64,000 nucleotides of DNA, taken from the NCBI GenBank assembly GCA_964016885.1, contig OZ024740.1, forward strand, positions 17,484,001 through 17,548,000, written 5' to 3'. Below, in pieces: positions 39,134-51,141 of the stretch; position 1 is the stretch's first letter, and each line of letters opens with the position of its first letter. The notes beneath the pieces were generated by a model that did not search any database, was not told the DNA's origin, and saw only the letters and a list, made by a program, of their open reading frames with translations. The translations under genes and the position numbers were made by a program. Origin of the DNA: Eledone cirrhosa. Lineage: Eukaryota.

Positions 39134-42100
39134 ATGTATATATATATGTGTGTGATGTATATATATATGTGTATGTATATATATATATGTGTGTATGTAT
39201 ATATATATATATGTGTGTGTATATATATGTGTGTGTGTGTGTGTGAAAAAGTAGCAAACAATGTTGTAGAAAGAGTATAAATCGTGTGAAGTGTTAAATT
39301 GTTGTCTTCCTGTGGTGTTTATTGTGCTAAACATGCTTCACTTGTGTCTACATATCATCATCATCAAAAACAAATCGTGATTTTATATATACATACATAC
39401 ACATATGTATATATACGTATATATGTGTGTATAAACTTTAATTTGCATCATGTTCTCTCACCTTGAGAAATTTAGCATAAATCGTGATATTTCTCTCACC
39501 TGTCTATTTACCTGCATTAGTTTACTGATTTTTCCCACCTGGCCATTTATTGTGTGCCTACGCGGCTTTGTCCTCCCCTCATTCCACCCACCACCTCCAT
39601 ATTTTGTTATCTGTAATTCACTGACTGATAAGGCAGAACTGTTGAGAGGAACCCAAAGATGACAAGTTAAAAGCTACCTGTAGATAAGGGTTGTGAAACT
39701 AATGGCAGGGTAGGGTGGAAGATGTTCTTATATGTTTGATAACTAACATTACTTCTAAACATGTTCTGTTTGATAACTAACATTACTTCTAAACATGTTC
39801 TCTGTTTGATAACTAACATTACTTCTAAACATATTCTCTATGTTTGATAACTAACATTACTTCTAAACATATTCTCTATGTTTGATAACTAACATTACTT
39901 CTAAACATGTTCTCTGTTTGATAACTAACATTACTTCTAAACATGTTCTCTGTTTGATAACTAACATTACTTCTAAACATATTCTCTATGTTTGATAACT
40001 AACATTACTTCTAAACATATTCTCTATGTTTGATAACTAACATTACTTCTAAACATATTCTCTATGTTTGATAAGTAACATTACTTCTAAACATATTCTC
40101 TATGTTTGATAACTAACATTACTTCTAAACATGTTCTGTTTGATAACTAACATTACTTCTAAACATGTTCTCTGTTTGATAACTAACATTACTTCTAAAC
40201 ATGTTCTCTGTTTGATAACTAACATTACTTCTAAACATGTTCTCTGTTTGATAACTAACATTACTTCTAAACATATTCTCTATGTTTGATAACTAACATT
40301 ACTTCTAAACATATTCTCTATGTTTGATAACTAACATTACTTCTAAACATGTTCTCTGTTTGATAACTAACATTACTTCTAAACATGTTCTCTGTTTGAT
40401 AACTAACATTACTTCTAAACATATTCTCTATGTTTGATAAGTAACATTACTTCTAAACATATTCTCTATGTTTGATAAGTAACATTACTTCTAAACATAT
40501 TCTCTATGTTTGATAACTAACATTACTTCTAAACATATTCTCTATGTTTGATAAGTAACATTACTTCTAAACATATTCTCTATGTTTGATAAGTAACATT
40601 ACTTCTAAACATATTCTCTATGTTTGATAAGTAACATTACTTCTAAACATGTTCTCTATGTTTGATAACTAACATTACTTCTAAACATGTTCTCTATGTT
40701 TGATAAGTAACATTACTTCTAAACATGTTCTCTATGTTTGATAACTAACATTACTTCTAAACATGTTCAGTGTGTTGTTTTTTAGTCCCCACTAGTCAAA
40801 CCTGAACAGGCTTACATAGAGAGCAACAGAAATAGGTTAATAAGCAAGGCCTCAATAGATCCAAGTGATCTACTCCGTAACATGACTGGGGATTCTTGGC
40901 TATGAAATCAATACTGCTTCATGTCACACAGCCTGTCTGATCGTGACACAGCAAAGCTACGAAATTCAAATTTCAACATGCTTCAGATGTGGAGAGCTGG
41001 TTAGCAACAGACATCTTGACCAACCCAACTAAATATCAACCCCAATACAGCTCTCTCACTGGGGTACTAACCTTTCTTGGAGGGAGTGAGAGTCCCTGAA
41101 TTGGATGTCCAACTATCAACCCCAATACAGCTCTCCCACTGGGGTACTAAACCATTCTGCCATCAGCTGGTTGCAGTGTCTGGGGGATGGCATGAGATAA
41201 GTGCCTCGGATCTCTACCCATCTGATAATGTGGATCTCATGTACCCTAATCCGACTGCCGTGAGTTGGTTGCAGTGTCTGCGGGATGTCACGTGATTGCT
41301 ATCTTATACTTAAGAAGAAGCCACCTTACCTATCATCAAAAGTTTGTCCGACCATGACCTTCCTAAGCTTTTTTCATGGAACCAAGTCAACTTGAGTCAA
41401 GCTTATTCTTCTCCAATCTATACCAAACAAGAGAACCTTGTGGATACTAAACTACCTGAAACTGCTTCTAGTTTTACAATACAAAACTTTGTAAAAAAAA
41501 AAAAAAGCACACATCATAATTTTATATAAGAACCTTTAAGTTATATTGCAAATATTAGCTTAATAATGAGAAAGTTATATTACTAAATCTATAAACCTTG
41601 ATTATTTGAAAATTATAAGCAATGTTTTTCATTAGAAATATGGTAATGAAAGGATTAAACTGAGAACATTGATCATGTTTACAGTGCTGCTGTTGGTGGT
41701 ATTACTGTCATATACTGGTGGTTTTATACATTGTATTGTACCGACATATGTTGTCAGGGCTGAGTGATAAAGAAGCTTGCTTCTTAGTCATGAGGCACCA
41801 AATTTGATATCACTGTAGCAACATTGGCAAGTGTCTTTCCTATAGCTTCAAGTCAACTCAAGTATTAATAGTGAAATTGGTAGAGACTGCGTGTTAGTGT
41901 TAGCCAGTTAGATGGGTGGTATCTGTAACTGAAAGACCCAACCATGTCACATATTGTGTCACACTGATTAAAGTTTGGAATTACATTAAAGTGTACCAGT
42001 GAAGTCTCCTGTTATTTCTATGTTAATTCATAGGTTGGATGTTCAGTTGATAAAACAATTGAAGGCTCATTGTTGAAACCAACCTCGAATGACTACACAC

Positions 42101-42188
42101 CCACGTACGCGTGTGTATATAACAAAGGGTGTGGCAAGATACCAGGTGGACCGTAACGGGTACTATGAAAACATTCAGGAATCTTTTC

Positions 42189-42231
<43 letters not shown>

Positions 42232-45200
42232 TATGTATATTTGGCTTCTTGCTCACATTAATTTCTCTATTTTCATTTATATATGCAAATATATATACAT
42301 GTATCACAGTACAAGGAAAGAAGTTTAGCACTTGAAATAGCAGGCAGAGATTCTTAACGTTTCAGACACTAGTCAATCATCAGAAGATAGTTAGAAATAG
42401 AAGATGAATAGAAAGTAAAGAGTGATGAGAGGAAGGAACGGGGAAGATGAGAAAAAAATTGGGGAGGAGAAAAGAAACACACGTGTGTATTGAGTGAAAC
42501 AAGAGCGTTAGATCTTGGGTTGTTTTCCCACTAACTCAATTTGAGTATCAGTAAGACACCAACCCAAGACATATATATGACAGTCACTGCAAATGTCACA
42601 TTGACATGGTAAAGTCTAGTGACAGTTGCTGTCGGAACCCATAAAGAAAATGTCTGGCAGTATATTGGCAACACTTTGGAACCATCTATCATACTTAGAA
42701 TAAGGTATGGATTGGCTAGAAGAAGGACATCTGGTCAGGTCTTGTCTAACCCAAACATCAGCCGGGTAGGTGGAGGTGATTACAAGAACATACACGAGTG
42801 TGGGTGTTAACAGTTCTCCTGACACCTCATCTCCCACCCCTTCCACTCTGTCTCATAAAACTTTTCCTCCTCCCATTCTACTTTTACTTTTTTTATTCAT
42901 CTTATTTATTTCTCTTAAATCATACCAGACTGCTTGACTCTTGGTAGTGTGGTACCCTGCCTGGGTAGTGTGGTACCCTGCCTGGGTAGTGTGTTACCCT
43001 GCCTGGGTAGTGTGGTCCCCTGTCTTGTTAGTGTGGTACCCTGTCTGGGTAGTGTGGTACTCTGTTTGTCACCCTATAGCAATCTGTAAAAAGAGTAAAT
43101 TTAGTGGAAGATGAGTTTTTAAAATAAAAGCCTGCTGTCAACAATTACATTAATGGGACATGTATCTGTGGAATACTCAGTCATTTAGACATTAATTTAA
43201 TGAGTAACCCACCCAATTGATTAAACAGCTAGAATAGTCATCATTAAAACAGAGGTTCATTTACAGGTATTACATTGTCCTTGATCAAGTTACCTAACTT
43301 CAATTTTCTCTCACCTCACCCCTGAAGAAAACAACAAACAACTTTGATAAGTGGGATGCATCTTCATTATAAATTTATGGTCCCACATTGAGGGCTATCA
43401 ATTTATCACCAACTTGTACATGTTCTACTATCAAGCACTTATACACACTATCAAAGAACTTCTGGTCTCTTCAAACCAACAAAGTCACTGATTTTGATAA
43501 TGTTCCTTCTGTTGCCCTCACCAAAGCTAGGTCCTATACTCCTCTTTCTCCCTCTGTATATATATATAGTGTATGTGATTCAGTGCATTACTGGTGGTGG
43601 TACCAAAACAAGCACTGTATGCACAGGCAGTGTATATACTAAAAAAAAAAAAACCAATGAAGTTTCATTTACATGTATTTAGATATTTGTGTATCAACCA
43701 AAAATAGTGTTCTTTTGTCATATCACCAGCCTGAAGAGCGGATAACGGAATCAGGTCCATAACTTCTACATGTGACCCTGAGCCAATCCTCTTTGAAATA
43801 CATGTAACAGGTTGATACACAATAAAAATCTAAATACATGTAAACGAAACTTCATCATTTTTTTATATATATATATCATCATCATTTCATTTTACGTCCG
43901 CTTTTCCCTGTTTGCAAGGGTGGGACGGGAATGATTCTGGCATGATTTCTACAGCTGGATGCCCTTCCTAACACCAACCTCATTTACAGTGAGTGCTGGG
44001 TACTTTTTTGCCATGGCACCTCCACGACCACTTTGCAGTGGAATGATAGAGACCCCAGTCCCTATCATCTCATTTCTACAGCTGAGTAAACTGGAGCAAT
44101 GTGAAATAAAGTCTCTTGCTCAAGGAAACATCACATCACCCGGTCTGAGAATTGAACTCACAACCTTTCGATTGCAAGGCCAATGCTCTAACCACTAAGC
44201 CATATGCCTCCAATATATATATATATATATATATTTTTTTTTTTAGGAACAATCGACTTTCGTCACATCAGACCGAGGAACAATGTTTCCGTTGGTCTTT
44301 CCAATTGCTAATACTATCTATCTAGGTTGTTGTTAGGAAGGGCATCCAGCTGTAGAATTCAAGCCAGAACCAGTTCCCGTCCCACCCTTGCAAGCAGGGA
44401 AAAGCGGATGTAAAATTATATATATATATATACACACACATATATATATAATAGTCTCTGTATATGAATCAGGTGCCATTTGATGTTTATATAAGCTTTG
44501 ACGCTCACATATATATAATACTGTGTGTGTATGTGTATATATATATATATATACACATACATACTAGGATGTATGTATAATGTCAGTAGCATAACAAAAT
44601 TAACTCTTATTGAAGTAATTCTTCATCATTTTTACAGAGTACAGCTTCCACTTCAACCAAAAAACCCAGGTTATCCAATGGTACCATTCTTCACCTGTCC
44701 AATGGTAAGTGACCAACTTCTATCAACCAAGACTGTCTCCTCTTTAATTAAATTAAACCATCCATTTTATAGAATTCCTATTTGACATAAGTATCTTTTG
44801 TTATGTTCCAAATACCATTTTAATAATGAAATAATTAAGAATTTTTGGTAAATCCCTTCAAATTCTTCATCACTTAATTCAACTGCAGTTTGTTTCATTA
44901 GAAATATGGTCAGGAGAGAATAGAAATATCTAAAAGGCATTTCCATTCATTACCTCTGCTAGATACCATCTCAAGATCTAAGTCCTCTATGGCATTCTTC
45001 CTAACACCAGTGCCTGGTAGATGGACATTTTGTCATGTCACTCACAATAGACAGGGTCCTCAGTAGTCCACTGCAGAAGAACATATCTGCCATTGTTGCA
45101 ATACCAAGATGCTGGAAGTAAGGATGATATTGATCTGATTGCTGTAATTGATCTCCACGTAAAACCTTTCATTAGTTAATTAATCCCTTGCTAACCTATG

Positions 45201-48185
45201 TTGAACAGGGTCATTTATATATAGGATGTGTCTATTCTGTTTGGAATGGGTGCACTATATCTGTGAGTGTTGTAAGAAACAAATAAAAGGTTTAGTGACA
45301 AGAAGGGCATCTGGCTGTGAAACATTGCCTCAGTAAATCACATCCAACCTATGCCAGCATGGCAAAGGCAACATAAAAACTATGGTGAAGATGTGTATCA
45401 AGGGATTTTCTCAATAACAAATCAAATCATTTTAGACGAAAGATAAAGGAAATGTAATTTAACCCTTTAGCTACCAACCCGGCCAAAACCAGCTCTGGTT
45501 CTATGAAATAAAATCACCCATTTTAAAGGTTTCAAATTTAAATTAAAATCTTCCAACATAATTTTATATATTAAGTTACTTTCTTAGTAATGAAATAATA
45601 AATAATTTTAGTAAATCCCTCAAAATTCTTCATTAATTAATTAAAATAGTGTATTTCATTAGAGATGTGGTCTTGAAAGGGTTAAGCTTTGGCCTTTTTA
45701 TTCACTTTGATGTTTTCTGGTTTCAGATGAATTTTCACAAGCTGTACTAGCAGGGGATTATGGTAAATTAAAATCTGCTTTGAGAGGGGATCGTTGGAGA
45801 TATGACCTGGAATCTCCAAACAGTGGTGGCTACACATTAATAATGCAGTCTATTTTGAGAGGTAAGTAGTTGTTTTCTGTGACCCTCACATTCAGCTCAA
45901 GATGGATATCTCCCTCACAATATGAAATTAGTGTTGTAAAAGAAATATAGGATATAATCGCTATATATACTCGAATATAAGCCGAGAAATATGCCCCCTC
46001 CCCTCCCCAACGGGCTTTATATCCGCTTGAGCTGATTAGCTGCTTCAGTTTATATTCGGGGTTTAGATCTAAGTCTATTTCTCAGGGGTGAGGGTGGGGG
46101 GCTTATATTTGGATCGGCTTTGTTCAAATATATACGGTAACTGCCTTAAAATGTTCTTACAAACAATTATAGAGGAAAGTTTAAATTGAAACATGACCAC
46201 TTTACAACAAATAATTTTTCATGAGAGAAGCAAGGGCAGTTTCAGGCAGGTTTCAAAAGGGTTCAGGGACTTTTACCACCACTTTATTAACAAATGTGTG
46301 TATGTGATGGTTCAAGTGTTTTCTATGACATGTTCATTATTTTATATTCACAGGTTTCAGTGATATTACCTTACTGTTGGCACTTGCTGGTGCTCAACTG
46401 GACAAAGAACTCAGCACTGGTGAAACTGCATTGACGTTAGCTTGTACCAGGGTAAGATTTCATTTCCAAATAGCAGCCCTCATTTATTTGTTCCATTTCT
46501 TAGTATATATGACCTACTTTATTTTTTTTTTAATCAAAAATAGCCAAAAATATAAAAATATGTCAACTGAATCTTATAGGCACCATTGATTACCAATATT
46601 TACCAAACAGTATTAAAAATATTTTCCTGCTATCTAGTTGTATGTTATGCTTTATGTATCCAGTTTAAAATAAGTGCACCATATGTGTGTCATAAGAGGT
46701 AACCAAAACGGCTGGCACCAGGAAGGGCATCCAGTTATAAAACATTGCCTTGTCCTGTCATGGAACCTGCACAACTAACCTCTACCTTAGTAGGGTAATT
46801 TAGCTGTGTATTATTATTGATTCCACAGTATTGTGAGAGGTTTTTCCTCAAATTACTCTAGATGATCTCCTATTGGGAAACTTCTCATGTTTGTTTTATT
46901 ATTGTCATTATTTCTACCATTTTCTGTTGATTTTTACCTACATTTTACTCAATGTAAAATACGATTTTCGTCTTTATGCACGATGATGCTTCTTGGATCG
47001 CTGGTTTAGGATGACCCCAGCCTCGTCAAGCAAGAGAAAGAAAAAGAAATGGCATTTGGTTATTTTTTTTTTTTTTTTTTTTGTCTTTGTACTGTCCCAA
47101 AAATATTGTCATAGTGGCCAATATGAAATTATAATTATTATTATTGCTGCTGTTGTTATTGGCGGGTTTGGTAGTGTTGGACAACAGGCTTTGCAGCATA
47201 TAGTTACTGTTCATGTTCTGAGTTCAAATCACGCTGAGGTTAACTTTACCTTTCGTCCATATAGGGTCGATAAAATAAAGTACAAAATTGCTGGCTTGTG
47301 TCTAAATCAGAAACTATGATTACTACTGCTGTTGCTGTTATTATTACTGTTTATACTATGTTGACATGTTTCAAACCTCAAATATTTTTCTTTGTTTTTA
47401 TTGTAGGGAGAAGTTGAAGCTGTGGAAGTCCTCGTTAAGCTTGGCGCTAATTTAGAGAAGTACACATCCAACAAAGAAACTGCGTTAATAAAATCTGTGT
47501 TGAGCGGCAATCTTCATATAGTGAAGTTACTGCTAGACCATGGTGCTAATGTTGGTTTTCAAAATAAGGACAACCTGAATTCTTTGGATTTAGCCAGTAA
47601 AAATCCAAATCTTGCTGATATAGAGAGCCTTCTTTCAAGCTACAAGGAAAAGTAAGCTACCAAGATTTTAAAAATATATTTTTTTGTCAGCTAGTTTGAA
47701 TAGTGTCCCTCTCTCTAACCAAGGCCCTTGGTATATTTGCATATTTGCTGTACATTCAGACAAACCTAATTTGGGATGTAATGATAGAGCTGGTAGATAA
47801 GGGAGATAATTCTTAAATCATTTTTTTTTTTTTTTTGACAAGTTTGGTAGAAGTAGTTCCACAACAGTTAATTCATCATTTCCGAGAACAATTGTTTCAC
47901 CTTAGTCGGATCATCAGTTCAGTTTAAATGATGAATTAACTGTTGTGGAACTACTACCAACAATTTTGCAAGAGATGTCAACATGAATGGACCAGTTATT
48001 TTTATCTAAAGACATTTTTTCCAATTCCAACCCGCCCATCCCCTCAATCTATTTTATTTCTCATTCTTTCTTCTGATGAAGGACTAGCGTCCGAAACGTT
48101 AAGACCCTCTTCATGCTATATCAAGTGTTAACCTAATATATCCCTTCCATATACTCTACCGATTGTGTTATTTCTATTTACCTTT

Positions 48186-48226
<41 letters not shown>

Positions 48227-51089
48227 ACCCCACAGCCAGGAATAAATTTCAAAGCATATTACTTGATGCTTTCGACAGTAAGGAAGAACATTTAGAGTCG
48301 GACAATATAGAGGGAGAGTGGGAATTTCTGAAAGCAAACCTGCTGTTGGCGACAGACGAAGTCTGTGGCTGGAGCAGGCCTGTAGGCAGGAGGAGAGTAA
48401 CATGGTGGTGGAACAGTAAGGTGGAGGGGTCAATTAAGGCCAAAAAGCAGGCTTGGAAAGTATGGCGGGATGGGGGAAGTAGAGAGGACTATCAAGTGGC
48501 CAGGAGGGAAGCTAGGAGACAAGTGTACTTAGCAAGAAGGGAAGCTGAGGAAAGAAAGTTCAAGCATGTTCTACAACGCGATGACCAAAAACGTGAGGTG
48601 TTCAGGATTGCTAGGCAATGCGTCAAGGAAAACCGTGATATTGTCGGGGAGAAGTGTGTACTAAACGACGATGGCACACTTGCCATCACCGACGCTGATA
48701 AGAAGGTAGCTTGGAAGTGTCACTATGAAAGGCTACTAAATGAGGAGAATAATTGGGAGAAAGGCAGTCTCCCCCATATCGACCCAATAGAGGGACCAGC
48801 AGTGTTAGTCGAGGGGAGTATAATAAGTAAGGCAATCAAGGATATGAAGACTGGTAAGGCGGCTGGGCCTTCGGAAATAGTTGCTGAGATGCTGAAGGCA
48901 TCTGGCACGGTGGGACACACCATGGTCACCCGCATAGTTAACCAAGTCGTACAGAATGGGGTTGTTCCGAAGGACTGGCATAGCAGCATCATCGTTAACT
49001 GTTATAAGGGTAAAGGAGACGCCCTAGATAGGAGTAACTATAGAGGCATTAAATTAATCGACCAGGTCATGAAGGTCACGGAAAAAGTAATAGCGCAACT
49101 AATCAGAGAGAGAATTGACCTAGATGAAATGCAGTTCGGGTTTGTGTCAGGCAAAAGTACCACAGACGCTCTTTTCATAGTACGACAACTACAGGAGAAG
49201 TACCTAGCTAAAGGTAAACCCCTCTACTTAGCTTTTGTCGACTTGGAGAAAGCCTTCGACAGAGTCCCCCGCTCCATTATCTGGTGGGCTCTTAGAAAAC
49301 TAGGCGTTGACGAATGGCTTGTGAGGGCTATACAAGCCATGTATAAAGAAACAGTCAGCAAGGTTAGAATTAACAACGAATATAGTGAAGAGTTTAGCGT
49401 AAAAGTTGGCGTCCATCAGGGCTCTGTTCTCAGTCCACTACTATTTATTATTGCCCTTCAGGCTATAACAGAGGAGTTCAAGACAGGCTGCCCATGGGAA
49501 CTCCTATACGCAGACGACCTGACACTCATAGCGGAATCAATGGCCGAGCTAGAGAAGAAATTCCAAACATGGAAGCACGGCCTAGAGTCAAAAGGACTTA
49601 AAATTAACCTGGCTAAGACCAAAGTACTAGTTTGTAGGAAAGAAAACAAGGCGGCGGTCCCTTCTGGGAAATGGTCGTGCTCGGTGTGTAGGAAAGGCGT
49701 AGGTAGAAACTCCATTTTATGTCCTAAATGCAAAGTATGGGTGCATAAAAGATGTAGTGGGATCACAGGTAAGCTAACTAAGAACATAGATTTTACATGT
49801 GGCCGGTGCTCTGGTGCAATAAGTAGCAGCAAGTGCCCACAAACTACTAGCTCTTTCAATTGCGCAGAGGGTTCTATAGAAATAGTGGACAGCTTCCGTT
49901 ACCTGGGCGATAAAATCAGCAGTGGGGGAGGGTGCTCTGAAAGTACTGTAGCTAGAGTCAGAACTGGTTGGAAAAAGTTCAGAGAGCTTATACCACTATT
50001 AGCTGCTAAAGGGTTCTCACTAAAAATGAAAGGCAGGTTGTACGATGCCTGCATACGAACAGCAATGCTGCATGGCAGTGAGACCTGGGCATTGTGTGCA
50101 GAGGATATACGCAGACTAGAGAGGAACGAAGCTTGCATGCTCCGCTGGATGTGTAACAGTAATATACGTGAACGGCAAAGCATAAACGAACTAAGGAAAA
50201 AATTAGAGATAAGAGGGATCAGATGTTGTTTACTCGAGAGAAGGCTACGTTGGTATGGACACGTGATGCGCATGAAAGTCGATAGCTGTATAACAAAGTG
50301 CAGGGCAATAAAGATAGACGGTAGTCACGGAATAGGCAGACCTAGAAAAACCTGGGACGAGCTGATAAACTCCGACATCACACACTTACACCTCTCCAAG
50401 ACAATGTCACTGGACCGAGACCTTTGGCGGTACTCAGTAACAGAGAAGACCCGCCTTACCTAAATACAAAGTAAAACCTACTCCAGCCAGTAGGCATCTC
50501 TAACAAAATACACCCCGTCCCACCACCACCACCCCCACCCGATCCACACCACCCCGTTCTATGTAAAGTTATGTTGGTGCCGCGCCATCGAGGCCGAAAC
50601 AAATGAGATCGTGTAGGTGTCACGACAAAAAAACACACAGTCCACGCTGTAATGTGGCCGTGTAGGCAACACGGTAAAAACCTCCCAGACCCACACTGTA
50701 AATGTGGTTGGTGTTAGGAAGGGCATCCAACTGTAGAAAACCTGCCAGACAGTCCTATGCGAGCAAGACAATCACTCTTGCCTCAAGTGGGACTACCCCC
50801 GTCCAAACCCATGCAAGCGTGGAACACGGACGTTAAACGTTGATGATGATGATGATGATGATATATATATGGTCAAGGGATGTTTAGGTTGCTTTGATTT
50901 TAAGAATATTCCTAGGGAATGATGCTTGTGAAGTGTTCATTAGAGTACTTTACTGGGATCTACCCTTTAGTGATTCTCTATATATATTTGCTTCTCTGAA
51001 TGAGATCTTTTTAATGATCCCTTTTCATTGAGATGTTATGTATATTTGTGGCAATTTTAATTATGTATAATAATTCTATATATTTTATA

Positions 51090-51141
<52 letters not shown>

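Noticed and set aside
40950-41300. CFRCGELV zinc-knuckle-like peptide and local 37-bp duplication, possible gag relic
   Set aside because: Motif incomplete (no His/Cys), no continuous frame, no LTR or pol nearby
42619-42810. ORF with WQYIGNT, possible GIY-YIG fragment near a hammerhead
   Set aside because: Opposite strand to the ribozyme and lacks the GIY and downstream Arg/Glu motifs
44246-44325. Repeat (also 28815..28890, 54455..54500) with ctgatgtgacgaaagtc, ribozyme-like
   Set aside because: CUGAUGU is not the hammerhead core and helices I/III cannot be built consistently across copies
48163-48222. N-terminus of the 766-aa ORF
   Set aside because: Read-through from flanking repeat and (TA)n; the LINE begins at about 48223 and has no start codon or endonuclease, so it is not autonomous
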